Shown here piece after piece: positions 38,401 to 52,019 of a stretch of DNA of 64,000 nt. The first letter of the stretch is position 1, and each line of letters starts with the position of its first letter. Source of the stretch: Macrostomum lignano (lineage: Eukaryota); the NCBI GenBank assembly GCA_002269645.1, contig NIVC01001584.1, positions 62,001 to 126,000 on the forward strand, written 5' to 3'. The notes below the pieces were generated by a model. That model was not told where the DNA came from, did no database searches, and was given only the letters and a program-made list of their open reading frames with translations. The position numbers and the translations under genes are program-made.

Positions 38401-39546
38401 CTCGTCATTGGCCCGGGTGAGAGCTCGATTCGACGGGTCAACTACGGCTTTGAAGAAACCACTGGTTTTTCTATTTTGAAGGAGCTGACGGACTGCACGT
38501 TTTTGAATGCCGACGACGACAGGAAGGGATGGACTGCGAAGGCCAAGAAGTTTGGCAGCAAGGTTTGCAGTCGGGACTTTTGCTTCTGGCTGAGAACTAA
38601 TCCTGATGCCGGTCGGATGTGCGGCATTCAAAGCCTGTTCGGTACTGACCTGGCCGAAATTCAGGACAAAATGAAGAAACTGACCAAAGAAAAATCACTG
38701 AAAGTTTCGGAAAGTAATCAAAAAGTTGAACTCGAAGACAGAGTTGATAGACGCAGTCTCAGGCAATACGATCACATTGTTCTAAATCGGATGGTCAACG
38801 GAGTAGTTTCTGAGGTTGATTTCATTTTAACCGAGTGGGATGCTGCCACTTGTTCCGGCGTTGGGGTCACGTACGAATTGCCGCAAGGTTCCGGAGCCAT
38901 GGGAGTCGTCAAGTTTCAAGGATTTCTTCGCGTTGAAGACAATCAGATCGAGAAGGTCGTGCACAACTCCGATTTAGACTGGAATCAGATCGACGCCAAA
39001 TTCAATCAACTGTGTGGCAGTAGGAGTTACAGTTTACTGTTTAACAACTGCGAACACTTTGTCAACTATTTAATTTATGGCCGGGTGAGCAGTACTCAGC
39101 TGAATAATCTAGCCTGGCGTTTTAGCCACTTTTTGCCCAACGCGGTGCAAAGCATTGCTACTGCCGCAGTTCGAATCCTTCGATTAGTCTACACCTTGAT
39201 GGAGACGGGAAGTTTGAGCACAGCTGCTTCACTTCCCTTAGTGCTGATTGAGGGCGGCTCGGTGCTTTTAATTGCCCTTTTGGGAATTGCATCATATCTT
39301 CTTTTGCGGTATCGTAAAGCGAAATTCAATATGCCTCAGCAGGAGTTCCTCGGCAGAAGACGTGACATCTTGTGCCGCACTTTGGTTCCAATATTTAGCG
39401 TAATCATTGTTGGAGCCGTCATTCACACTGCCCCGGTCAGTGCCCCCATTATTGGCAGTGCCGCTGGAGTCGGAGCACTGGCTGTTGGTCTTGCTTACTT
39501 CCTGCCAAGGTTTTTAGCACTACTGATGGCGCGAATGAAACCGTAG
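35420..39546 (+). pseudogene. Multi-LRAT paralogue 2 (about 1375 aa if repaired, 9 modules); single -1 frameshift
   Basis: ORFs 35420-38020 and 37867-39546 join if one T is added to the T5 run at 37968-37972 (T6 in paralogue 3 at 49401-49406). NNCEHF Cys codon at 39049-39051. May be a homopolymer sequencing error. Confidence 0.8.
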
Positions 39547-41397
39547 CAGATTTACTGCAACCTTTTATTGAATAATTTATTTGCTTACGAACTTTTGTTT
39601 TAATAAGTATGGTATATGTACCTATACAGCCATGGGCAACTGAAGTAGAAGGACGCTCTTAGTGGTGACATGTGTGCCTATGGTGACACCCCATGACCAT
39701 CCCTTACCCTACTTCAGTTGTCTATGTGTATACAGTACGAGTGTTGGAATATTTGGTATATAAAATCCGATGTCTTATTTAATTGACCTTTAATGGGCGC
39801 CTTCGCAGCAAAGAATCAATAGTCTATGGTACAAATACTTCTATACCGGGACCAATAAATCATTTAATGGTCTTCAAACGGGCTCTGCCCCCGCACCTCC
39901 ACCCGCAATCACGGTCGACCAGATTGAATATCCCAAAAATAAGCAATCTGATTTCATAGAAAATAATAGTCATTAAATTAAGCTATGTCTATGGTCTGAA
40001 TGTCCTTGGCCCCACTCAATTACCCTATTCAGCGGGAACTCTCTAAAGCATATTACCTAAATGCACTATAGCAGAAAACAGATGTACGTTCTTTGGCCTC
40101 CAGCTCATTTTCTAAGTAAACTGAGCGTAGCGTCCTTCTACTGCAGCTGTCAATTCGTCTAAAAACGTTCTAGACAGAGTTATTTAAATTTCATATCCTC
40201 TTGAAACAGTACTGCAGATAAATGCACGCGTAATATTCATATCATATTTGTTTGATAAAAAGAGATATGAATGTTTGCAGTATCTAATGGCTCATTAGAA
40301 TTGTGTAGTAATTTCTGTTGTAATTTAAAAACTTTATCTGCCTAAATTAACAAGTGAATTATCATGCAGTTTTTCCAATGATTAACTTTTACAACGCTTG
40401 TAAATTCATAGAAAAAGGTTTGATTTTTGTTAAAATACGCTCGTAGTATACTGCTCGACTTCGTCCTGTTGTACTTTTAAAACGTACGTGGAAGCAGAGA
40501 TTTTCTGAGTATCAACAAATCTTGCGCAAATGGACTGCAGGTGCAAAAATGATCAATTTTTATTTTAAGCAAAATAAAATTCTTACGTTTCTTATCTAAT
40601 GGCCTAGCTAATTAAAGTATATATATACAAGCTGTTGAAACCTGCAGATTTTGAACCCGTGAAATTCCAATCCCCGGAACTACTTCAAAGTATTTTTGCG
40701 TCTATTCTAAAATCTTAAGTCATTTCAGTCACTCAAACAAAAACTTGTTAATAGTTGGGATGGAGGTAAACATAAAATGGAGTAATTTCGTGGAAAATTA
40801 AGATTTGAGGCAAACATTGATCTTGGCTGGGGTGCTGCGCAGAATGTTGGGCAATGTCTATCTAAAGCATGTATTGGCAAACTCATGGCCTCATCTCTTC
40901 TCTTCTCTCTTCTTTCCTCTCTCCTCTCTCCTCTCCTCTCTTTCCTCTCCTTTTTCTCTCTTCTATCAACTCTTTCATCTCTTCTCTATTCTCTCTCCTC
41001 TCTCCTCTTTGTGCTGCCCCATCTTTCCTCTCTTTTCTCTTCTCTCCCCCTCTTTTCTCTTCTCTATAATCTCTCCTATCTCATCTGCCTCTGCTCTCTT
41101 ATCTCTACTCTCTTCTCTCTCCTCTCCTCTCTTCTCTCTCCTCTTCTCTCTTTTCTCTCCTCTACTCTCTTCTTTCTCCTCTACTCTCTGCTCTGCTCAT
41201 CTCTTCTCTCTCTCTCTTTCATCTCATCTCTCTCATCTCCATTCTTCTCTCCCCTCTCCTCTCACTTCTCCCCTCTCCTCTCACTTCTCCCCTCTTCTCT
41301 GCCCTCTCTCTCCTCACCCCTCCTCTCTCCTCTCATCTTTTATATTTTATTTTATCCCCTGTCTCGCCTCTCCTCTCTTCGAATCGTCTATTCCTTC

Positions 41398-42256
41398 TGT
41401 TGTGCCCGTGCGCTTGCCCTGCCAAAGTGCACTCTGCCCCCCACGCGGCATACTGTATTTGTTTTTGTGCTATGTTGTTGTGCCCGTACGCTTGCACTGC
41501 TAAAGTGCACTCTGCTCCGTATTTGGTTTTGGTGTGATAGGCTCAGCGGTGTAAGCCGCTTAGCCCTTTGGGTTGTCTGCGCGCTGGTTGGCTGGGCCGC
41601 CCTGTTTGGCCCTCCTCCCGGGCTGCCCTCCCCCAGCTGCGCCGTGATTGGCCGGTGTGTGGCTGGGCCGGGGGGTGGGGCGGGGGTGTGGCGGGGGGAG
41701 CCCTCGCCCCGGGGGGTCGTGGCCTTTTAAGGCGCGGCCGGGGCGGGTGGCTGCCGGCCCGTGGTTGTTTTGTTTGCCGCACTCTACCACGCAGGCCAAG
41801 AGAGCCGATTACAGCGTCTTTAGACCGTCCTTCCCCTAACACATACGCAATAAACGTTGACCATCGGGTCCGCCAGCCGCGAGCAGATCTCAGCTACGAT
41901 TTATTGATCGCACACGCAAGGGCGAGCCATCCGCGAAGTAAGTCACTGCCTTGTCTCTTTCATTTCGGGAGCTGTAGCAGGGACAGTCCGTGTGTCCTGA
42001 CGCCGACTCAGGGGAGACTAGGCCAGGTAGTCAGCCAGGGGTCACCCTGTACCGTAAGCCCGCTGTACATAGACGTTAGCTTGCTGAAGGTGATCGACAT
42101 CACAGCGTCCCTACGCGAGTGCCGGCCACTTGGGTGCATCCTGACGCCCCAGACTTAGGGTCCCGTGCGGACACTCGCGCCCTGACGCAGGCAAGCACGG
42201 GCCAGCGTACTCTGACCCTCGTAGGTGCACCCTTCCTGAGAGTCGTGAGTACAACA
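41398..42256. mobile_element. Solo LTR nested in the hAT MITE
   Basis: Termini TGTTGT...ACAACA; 4-bp TSD CTTC at 41394-41397 and 42257-42260. Confidence 0.7.
41550..41813. mobile_element. Probable second solo LTR nested within the first
   Basis: Termini TGTAA...TTACA, GC-rich, flanked by GCGG / GCGT (4-bp TSD with one mismatch). Confidence 0.5.
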
Positions 42257-43973
42257 CTTCTCCTTTTCACTCTCATCTGGCCCGCAGCCATGAGCTGCAT
42301 TCTTTATCTGTCCTTTGAGGTAAAAGTCTGCCGATCCCTGCTTCGAAAGCCAATTTGTGGGACGTAGTACTCTCATGGTTGTTCTCATGCTTTGATCACG
42401 TCATCTTTCTGGCCAATTTGCAGCCCTGTGTGGAATTCGTGTACATGTATCTCCAGCTCCACTGCAGTCTTCATCAGTCTGACAATACGCATTTCTCAGG
42501 AGACCATTTAAAGTTTAAAGTACCTTAAGCGAAACTTAAAACTTCCATGGTGTGACTAATTTAGTAGGGTTGTATTGCATTCCATCGCCTTTTCATGAAT
42601 TTTTCGCTTTTATACCTACATGTACAAGCTGGTGTACAGTAACAATTTCCATTTTGGCAATAGAAATCTCTTCACAACTATGGAATTAAAATTTCTAAAG
42701 CTTTTGCTTATCAATAGGCAAGGAGGTAGAAACTACCTCTACTGCCTCTGCCCATATCGTCCGCTGGTGTTCATGAACTCGAGATTCAACTAGCACTTCC
42801 GGAAAAGCCGCAATTAAGTAGTTCTGCAGTTTTGCACTGGGCGAAACAATGGATAAATAATCAGCGGTCCCAGTGCGTGACAACGATTGTCTGGCGAGCG
42901 CCGGTAGGCGAGCCATAGACAAATCGTTGTCACGTGCTGTGACCGCTGATTCTTTGCATTGTTTTTCTATTTGACGATCCTACAGACAATGAAATGACTC
43001 TGCGCTACGCACCTCGGCGTTTCAGTTCATTTCAGTCCGAACAGCCAGTCCATATTAGTGTTATGGGTAGGCTGAAGCGCGGACGCACAACGCGGTTTCA
43101 CGTCCACAGACAGAAACTGTCTATGGTTGAAAAAGCTTTAGCTATATGCTTAGTGGCGGTTTCGCAGCCCGCGGAGACTGTCTATGGTTGAAACCCAAAT
43201 AGAGTTTGAAGCATTCTTCTCCTGGTGGGTGGAGAGAAAAATAAGATTTAAACAGCTTTAAAGGTTCGGAATTAGCCATGTTTCACTGGGAATCAATACT
43301 AGAGGAAGATATTAGCGGTTTAGAAATGAATGAGATTGCGTTTCTGCAGCAACTTGGACATCGTGATCCTGGTGAAGAAGTTAGTCAGTGGACTGGTCTG
43401 ACCGTAAGACAGCAGCAGTTGATTGACGCAGAATTGTCCAATCCAAGCACATTCAACATTACACCACGCTAGACAGATGTGTCGTGGATTGCAGTTTCTA
43501 ACTACGACCATGTATTTGAGGTAACTATTGATGAACTATCCAACCACGTTAACCACGTTATTTACTGAATTCTTTCGTTTATTTCGTGTTTCATTCATGT
43601 TGTGTTTGCTCTCACAGTGAAATATTCTGAGACGAAAAGTTATCCAATTTTACCCATGCTTACATCAGTCGTGAGCAGATTTGCTTTGACCATAGACAGT
43701 GACGGCGGACAAATGTAGAGCGTTTCAATCGCGTTTCAACCCAGGAAGCCTACCCATAACTACCTCGGCCAACTGATCCAAATGCCGGAGTTTTCTACAT
43801 TTGACAAGCTCATCAGCGAGGAGCAGCGCTAAGCTTCAAGCCACTGAGCTGTTCGATTCAAAAGCAGTCAGCCAGCGCGTTTCCCCCCCCCCCCGGCAGC
43901 TGATTTCATAATCGGTAGTAAAAAATATTTGTTAGAAAACCTTCAACCAAAGACCAAGTACTACTAAAGTAGA

Positions 43974-44620
43974 AGGACGCAACACTCGAGATCTATGGAA
44001 AATGCTTTGGAAGGCCACTTTTCGCCGAAAAATACACTACGGAGATAGGAAGTTTTCATTTTTTCAGCACAACAATTTTTATTGCTTTTGATCGGAGGCG
44101 AATCCAATGTTTAAGTTTTGATGTAATTTGCCTCTCTTATAGCTCTATTGATATTCACAAAGCTTTCCCTTCAGAAAATTAGGATTCAATGTCAATCTTT
44201 GATTCAAAGTACATTTCCTGTTCCTAAAAATCATTAAAATGCATGGCACAGCTTGAATTTTTGGTTTTGTGAATCTATTTTATTATCTCATTGTTACACA
44301 GTCAGCTAAGAATGATAAAACAGATTCATAAAACCGATGAGCCGAGCCATTTCAATGGTTTTCAGGCACAGGACATGTGCTAATGTACGTCGAATAAAAA
44401 AATAACATAAAACCCGAATTTTCTGAGCGAAAAGCTTTATGAATATCAATGGAGCTGTAAAAGAGGCACATGATATCAAAAGATGAACATTGGGTCAGCC
44501 TCCTATCAAAAGCAATAACAATTTTTGTCCTAAAATGAAAACTTCCTACCTACGTAGTGTATTTTTCGGCGAAAAGTGGCCTTCAAAACACTTTTCCATA
44601 GATTTCGAGTGTCGCGTCCT
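43974..44620. mobile_element. MITE with about 90-bp terminal inverted repeats
   Basis: 43974-44063 (AGGACGCAACACTCGAGATCTATGGAAAA..GGAAGTTTTCATTTT) is the reverse complement of about 44533-44620. Confidence 0.75.
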
Positions 44621-46843
44621 GTATATAAACGAACACGAAGACAAACTTCACAGCCTCATGCAGTATCTTACATTCTCATATCTCCCAGTATATATCATAC
44701 AGTCTGTGACATGCATTCACATTCTCTCTCTCTCTCTCCATTACATCACATTCTCATGTTTACCAGTCTCATACTTCGAATTCATAGTCTCATATCTTAC
44801 AGTCTTATGCCTGATTGTCTCATATCTCAAAGTCTCATCTCACAGTTTCATGTCTCAAACCTCATATCTCACAGTACCCGCTCTAACACCCTCTGCTATT
44901 TCATTTCTCTCTCAAATCTCCTTCCAGAACACGTGGAGAGCAAAAAACCTATTTAAAAAGATTTAAATGTATTCAAGTTTGAGTTATTTTAGTCTTAATA
45001 TTTTCTACTCTAAAACAAAGTACAAACTAGCGAGTACTCTGACCAAATACATGGTGGCTGAATGACCCGATTCAAATGACGTCTTACTTCAGTCTTTCGG
45101 ATTTGTCAATCAATAAGTAGCAATGATAAAAAATTATAATCCTCTGTATAGATGGCATCTCTTTGTTTATTTTGTCAGTCAGGTTAGAGTAGGGCTTCTC
45201 ATACGAACGTATATACTGTACGTGATGGGTGTAATTTGTTTTTTTGTATGTCAAATTGGCAGCCTATTTTTCTAAATTTCCCCGGAGGCCATTTTTCGCA
45301 TTATGATGTGATGCCTGCCTTTGAATCCATTTAATTCTGCTTGCTTTTGATGGTCAGAGACAGTCTAAGACCCTAAAAGTCTATGTCGAGCGCTGAGCCG
45401 TGTAAGGCCATTCTAGATGATGAAGGTTAAACAATGCATCATTCGCTCCAACATCTAAGTAGCTCTTAAAGACAGTTGAGAGAGAGTAAGAGAGATAAAG
45501 AGATACCTAAAAGAAAAGACGCAGAACCCATGCTATTCATTATTCGATAAAAAATTTTGGGGGGGGGGTCTCAGATTCAGCAGACTCAGACTCTGCTGCA
45601 GTATGCACTGCATTGTGCATCTCTATACGCCATGGTTATACTATCAAAAATAAGATAGACAGAAAAGAAGTGCATTCTTGCGGAAACTGTTTTGCTGCCA
45701 TGCGCAATTATAAATAAGCGCGTGTTAATAAAAGTTTGCTTGCGTCAAACAAACAGACTGTTTTAAACCTACCAGTGTTTCGAGTTTCATGACCTAAACA
45801 GGTACGCTTGCAACTTTTTATTGATTTTCCTTCTACAAACTTCTGCATTGGTAAGCAGGTAAGATGTATTTAATTACTGCTGCTACCTTTACTGCATTTC
45901 TAAATTGCTCTGAGCTTTACTTTTCCAAGCAATTTTCACATTGTCGAAGTTTTTAATGCTTCAAAAACTCGAAACTCTAAGCTTTATATGAGAGCATCGT
46001 CGAAAAGTCTAAGAAGTTCACGAGTCGAACTCATGACTAGCAAGGGTTTTTTTAACGATCATGTAAAGTTCCTATTTTGTGAAAGTGACGATACTGACTC
46101 TAAGACTGATGAGTCTGCTGATATATAATTCATTCTTAATTAAAATAGTATTCAAATTGACACGTTGCTTGAAACCGTAAATATCAACAGTAGCTATCAG
46201 CCTCAGTAGAGTTGTTGAAATACAAACTCATTATGAAATATCAAGGTACTTATTCTTTCCTAAAGTAATTCCCATTTTTACGATTGGTTGTCAAAATAAA
46301 ACATATGCGAATGAAATCACGTCAAGTAATTTTAGCATCAGATCCACAATCTAACGTTCTGGATTTTCAAACTCCACATGTAGCAAGCACATGCATGGTT
46401 CGCTCCAGGTGCACTAATAAAGTTTATTAAGAAAAATCTTTAAGTCGCAGGACAGTGGCAAGGCTCCAAATACTTTTTTGCGAAGATTTTGGTTTATTTC
46501 ATTGAGCTAATCGTAAAAACAGCTTCGACAAGGACGAAATTCAGTCATGAAAAATCTATGCTAGTAAAATATGCGATAATACGAGCTACATGAATATAGC
46601 GACTTCCAAAACACTATTTACGTCTTCTGAGACTTTACTAGGTAATATTTATTTCTATACAGAAAATCGTTCAACTCTATCTTTAATATGAGATGAAAGA
46701 TGCCTTTCTCTGGTGTTGTATATTAAAAACGTTTCGTATTTGCGCATCGAAAACCAGTCTCTAGCAAAATCTGAAATGACCACAATTGCCGAAATGAGCT
46801 TTCTAAAAACCCTGACATTTCTAAAAAACCCGGACAATTTCAG

Positions 46844-49800
46844 ATGCAGGCACTCGAAGGCTCGCAGACTGCACAGCGGCTGCCCCTTCAACAAGAGGCT
46901 GCAGCAGCTGTGGTGGCCGCCCAGCCGCCCGACACTCCCGAGGCAGCAGCTCTGCAAGCTGAGAGACCTTCACCGGTTACAGGCTCAATTCAGAGCTACG
47001 AAACTTTAACACCGGAATCGATTCGAAATGTAAGGCCTGGAGATGTCATCAAAGCGTCAGGACGTTCTGAAGCAATCGTTGTTGGAGTTGAATTCAAAGA
47101 CGGATTATTTGAATTTTCGACAATTTATCCCAAACTATGCAGAGTTTTCGGCCAAATTGAGAGACGAGTAATCAAAGACATATTAATAGTTAAAATTATA
47201 AATTCTAAAAGATCTAAACATCTGAAACCCAGTTGCCAACTTCGACACTTTCCAAAATCGTGCTGCCATGCTCTTGACGAAGTTGTCAGGAGAGCTCGAA
47301 GTCTCTTGAACGAGAAACGCCTTACTAATAAGTCAGGTTTCATACTTTGTTGCAAGACGAAGGACCAATCTCACAGAAAACATTGTACCGTGCCAATTTA
47401 TCTGCCTGGAAATTTTGAAACCCATGAAGTAAAAGTTGGGGATCATTTGAGTCTTAAGCACGACTCTGGATCAATTCATGCAGTCGTACGAAGTAGCCAA
47501 GAGATGTGCGAGGACATTTATTTACTATCGTTGAGTGTTTCCGCGCAGGACTTGATGAAGAATCGAATTTCCTTTGTGAACCTTTCTAAGCGAAAATTTA
47601 TACAATCGAATGAGCGCGTTCCAGTTGTAATATCGGTATCGAAGTGCGTAGAGACTAAGGAATTTCTCCACAGGATCGAATTGATGCGCGGCGTCGCGTA
47701 TCCGAGGCGCATTTCGACTCTGCAGTTTTGCCTTCTTCTCACCGACTCGAGTCGCCACGGGCAGGACTGGAGGCTGCAAGTCGCACAGATGTCGAATCAA
47801 AGTAGACTGATTCGACCATTGACCCGAAAAATTGAAGCGAAAAATCTTCAAAGAGGCGACATCATTTTTGTTGACGATGCCTACAGAGTAGTCCGCCGTG
47901 TAGTTAGCGACGCGGATGAATTCAGCGTTAAATTAGTCAACTACAGTGAAGTCGACCACGAAAATCGCAAGACTTGCACGCTAAAGTATCTGATAAGAAA
48001 GAAAGAGACGGAAACAACTCTGTGCGTGCACAATGACAACACCGCTGATTGTCCTTTAGACTTAGAAGACTCATCTCCGGTAAATCTCGCAGCCATCTAC
48101 TCAGAGGAACCGGTAACCCTCCAGTTGCTTCAACAGCTACAGAAAGGTGACGTCATTTGCCTGCGGTACACTGGCAAGTGGCACAGGGTTATTGTGGAGA
48201 AACTGGCGCATGAAAATGAAGAATACATTGTCACTGCTATTCATTACGGATTGAAATCGTGGTTTGACGGTAAAACAGTGATCAGAGAGGACTTTGTTTT
48301 CAAATATGACAGACAGCGAACTAAGCAGGTGCATCCGAAGTGCTTTCTCTGCCACTTCTCGGATCTCTGGTGCCACGAGCCCGATGTTGTGGTTGAAAGA
48401 GCTCGAAGCCGCCTCAACGAGCAGGAATACTCTCTGATTGCTAACTGTGGCACTTGGTTTGTCGTGTGGTGTAAGACCAAGTCCATCAGCCACAGAGCTG
48501 ACAACTCGGTGCCCATATTTCTAGATGGCTCTCACACTCACGAAATTAAAGGAGGTGATCATCTTGAATTTAACTGCGGTCTAAAAAACAGACTTCACGG
48601 AGAAGTGACCAAAGTAACTAAACTGAATAATGGGCGAAAACTTTTTCTCGAATTGCAAGTAATCAAGCCCCATGAATTGCATTACGTGCACACAAGTGAA
48701 CTAGTGCTCAAAACGGATGAGGAAGTGACTCGAGTCATTCAGTATCCGTTTCGTGTCATCAGTGAAGCGGAATTAACATGACGCATTGAGTTCATAGAAA
48801 ATTTGGCCTTCAACCACAGTGAAAGTTCATTCAAACTTTGTCGCCTGGTGACGAACTGCGATAGCAGATTTGATGATTGGAAAGACAGCATTTGGGATGC
48901 ATTGACTCAAAATGAAGTGCAAAGCAATCGGCCCGTATTGGTTGAGAGTGTTACTCCCAATCATGACAATGAGTTATCCGTGGCTTGTGATGGCCTTAGA
49001 GTTGGCGACATCATACTTGTGAATGGTGTCTATCGTGTTGTTGCGGGCGTCAGTGCCGGCAGCGGTCAGTCATCCGGACAAGTCAGCATTAAAACGCTCC
49101 ACTACGGCTCTCAAAAACAAAATTTGTGTGTGTCAAAATTAAAGTACATCATTGATGCTGAAGAGAAGGACGCCAAACTGTGCGTACACAATGATCCCAG
49201 CTTGAACTGCCAATTGTATGGCGGTGGTAGCCAGGCACCAGCACATATGGCTGAAGAAGTACATGATATGCAAAGCATTTCAGCTGGCTCGGTCATTTCT
49301 TGGAGAGACCATTGGTATTCTCTGTACCAGCACGCTGTGGTGGTCGGAAACCCGGTGGTACCGGATGCGAACAATCCCCACTGCGCTGCAATCGATGTCA
49401 TTTTTTACAGAGGTTCGTGGAGAGGTCAGATTGAGAGGCAAACTTTATCAGTAGACTTGAAGAAGCAGAAAATTTATACGATTAAGTACAACGTACTGGA
49501 AGGCTGCGTTCTCACCCCAGAAGAGGTGATTAAAAGAGCCAACAGCCGACTCAAAGAGAAGCAGCACAACTTCCAGTGGAACAGCAGTCGCGACTTTGCT
49601 CGCTGGTGCAGCATCAAGCATAGCAGCAACAGGGAGCAGTGCGCAGTTCCCGTACACTCGGCGAAAGACCTTGTTGAGTTCGAGAGAGGCCACATAAAGT
49701 TCTACAAGTCGCCTTGCTTTTACAAGCACGAAGCAATTATGCGCAGCTGCTCTGCAGTGGATGGCTGCAGCGATATTGTTCGGGTCGAGTTGTACGAAAA

Positions 49801-50983
49801 TAATCACGACCAGAAACGGGTGCGATTTGAAAAGCTCGTCATTGGCCCGGGTGAGAGCTCGATTCGACGCGTCAACTACTACGGCTTTGAAGAAGCCGCT
49901 GGTTTTGCTATTCTGGAGGAGCTGACGGACTGCACGTTTTTGAATGCCGACGACGACAGGAAGGGATGGACTGCGAAGGCCAAGAAGTTTGGCAGCAAGG
50001 TTTGCAACCGGGACTTTTGCTTCTGGCTGAGAACTAATTCTGATGCCGGTCGGATGTGCGGCATTCAAAGCCTGTTCGGTACTGACCTGGCCGAAATTCA
50101 GGACAAAATGAAGAAACTTATTAGAGAAAAATCACTAAAGGTTTCGGAAAGTAATCAAAAAGTTGAACTCGAAGACAGAGTTGATAGACGCAGTCTCAGG
50201 CAATACGATCACATTATTCTGAATCGGATGGTCAACGGTGTAGTTTCTGAGGCTGATTTCATTTTAACCGAGTGGGATGCTGCCACTTGTTCCGGCGTTG
50301 GGGTCACGTACGCATTGCCGCAGGATCCAAAAGACATGGGAGTCGTCAAGTTTCAAGGATTTCTTCGAGTTGAAGACAATCAAATCGAGAAGGTCGTGCA
50401 CAACTCCGATTTAGACTGGAATCAGATCGACGCCAAATTCAATCAACTGTGTGGCAGTAGGAGTTACAGTTTACTGTTTAACAACTGCGAACACTTTGTC
50501 AACTATTTAATTTATGGCCGGGTGAGCAGTACTCAGCTGAATAATCTAGCCTGGCGTTTTAGCCACTTTTTGCCCAACGCGGTACAAAGCATTGCTACTG
50601 CCGCAGTTCGAATCCTTCGATTAGTCTACACCTTGATGGAGACGGGAAGTTTGAACACAGCTGCTTCACTTCCCTTAGTGCTGATTGAGGGCGGCTTGGT
50701 GCTTTTAATTGCCCTTTTGGGTATTGCATCATATCTGCTTTTGCAGCATCGCAAAGCGAACTTCAATATGCCTCAGCAGGAGTTCCTCGGCAGAAGACGT
50801 GACATCTTGTGCCGCACTTTGGTTCCAATATTTAGCGTAATCATTGTTGGAGCCGTCATTCACACTGCCCCGGTCAGTGCCCCCATTATTGGCAGTGCCG
50901 CTGGAGTCGGAGCACTGGCTGTTGGTCTTGCTTACTTCCTGCCAAGCATGCGCGCCATACTGATGGCGCGAATGAAACCGTAG
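46844..50983 (+). pseudogene. Multi-LRAT paralogue 3 (1379 codons, 9 modules); single in-frame TGA at codon 646
   Basis: ORFs 46844-48781 and 48803-50983 are in the same frame. TGA at 48779-48781 aligns with Arg (CGT) of paralogue 2. NNCEHF Cys codon at 50486-50488. Confidence 0.82.
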
Positions 50984-51055
50984 CAGATTCACTGCAACCT
51001 TTTATTGAATAATTTTTTAATTACGAATAATTATTAGATATGTGTACCAACAGTC

Positions 51056-52019
51056 ATGGACAACTGAAGTAGAAGGATGCTCTTAGTCTTAGTATATTTT
51101 CGAGAAAGCTAATTTGTCTATGGTGAAACCCCATGACCATACCATTGCCCTACTTCAGTAATTGTCTATGCGTATACTTATTCTAAAGTAATTATTTACT
51201 CTACCATACAAAATTGCTTATTTAATAGCTCCAGACAAACTACGACCTTGTAATATGCTGAAGACCATGCATAAAGTCCAGAAGTTTACGGTACATGCAT
51301 ATTTATGGTATTTTTCGACTTAATTGCGTGACGTACTCAGGAAAAAAACAGTTGCTTTTAGTTTAAACCAGGGCTTGGCAAACTTTTTTTACCTGAAGGG
51401 CCTTCTCTCGACTAGAGAATCTAGTGCATAGCCGCGGGCCAGTGGAAGGGTGAGAGATGGTCAGAGCTAATAGAGAAGAGAGAATTAATTAAGGAGAGGC
51501 GAGGGATAAAAGAGGAGAGGAGAGACAAAATAAATGAGAACAGAAGATAGAGCAGAGGAGATGAGAGGAGCGAAGGGAGAGAAGATGAGAGAATAGAGAA
51601 CATATTATTAAAGAGAAGAGAGCTGAGAAGAGGCAAACCTTGAGCAGGCCGGATTGCTATTATGAAATTTCAAAGCACTCGAGGGTTAGGGAGCCTCATG
51701 TGGCCCGCAGGCCGAAGTTTTCTGATCCCTGATTTAAGCAATTAAGTTTTTTAAAGATGCATAAACATAAAAAACTGGAGTACAAGCTTAGACGATACAC
51801 TCAGCTTTCCTAGAAATTTTGTGCTAGATGCCGGTTAAACATATACTTGCCGCATTGCTAATGCCTTATTAATATGCTCTAATATGTGACCTAATTTTTC
51901 GATTTACGACCCTATTCAGCCTTCTCTAAAGCATACTAAATTCACTACGGCAGACATACGTTCTTTGGCCTCCAGGTCATTTCTAGTGTATATAGCGTCC
52001 TTCTGCTTCAGTTGTCCAT
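51056..52019. mobile_element. Old MITE with about 25-bp TIR (ATGGACAACTGAAGYAGAAGGAYGC), containing a nested hAT
   Basis: Near-perfect inverted ends; a more diverged homologous pair lies at about 39635-40150 in duplication copy A. Confidence 0.6.
51369..51731 (+). mobile_element. hAT (Charlie-like) MITE with GA-rich interior
   Basis: Ends CAGGGCTTGGCAAACT / GGCCCGCAGGCCGAAGTTTTTCTGATCCCTG; degenerate 8-bp TSD GTTTAAAC / ATTTAAGC. Confidence 0.7.

Larger units (their letters stand above)
40868..42340 (-). mobile_element. hAT (Charlie-like) MITE with CT-rich interior and nested LTR insertions
   Basis: The minus-strand start CAGGGATCGGCAGACTTTTACCTCAAAGG..GCGGGCCAG matches the 5' end of the element at 51369. 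The left end CATGTATTGGCAAACT is a degenerate TIR. The CT-rich tract at 40890-41390 corresponds to the GA-rich interior of the 51369 copy. Confidence 0.65.

Noticed and set aside
37678-38631. Antisense ORFs within the LRAT-cluster genes (e.g. 38023-38631, 49448-50068) and the lectin genes (1368-1964)
   Set aside because: Shadow ORFs of real coding sequence with no recognisable motifs; they recur only because the sense genes are duplicated.
42380-43510. Short ORFs (42695-42922 minus, 43278-43472 plus) with ACTGTCTATGGT repeats nearby
   Set aside because: Possibly transposon debris, but no diagnostic motif, TIR pair or TSD could be established.
48779-48781. Selenocysteine recoding of the in-frame TGA in paralogue 3
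   Set aside because: The aligned residue is Arg, not Cys, and I see no SECIS-like element after 50983.
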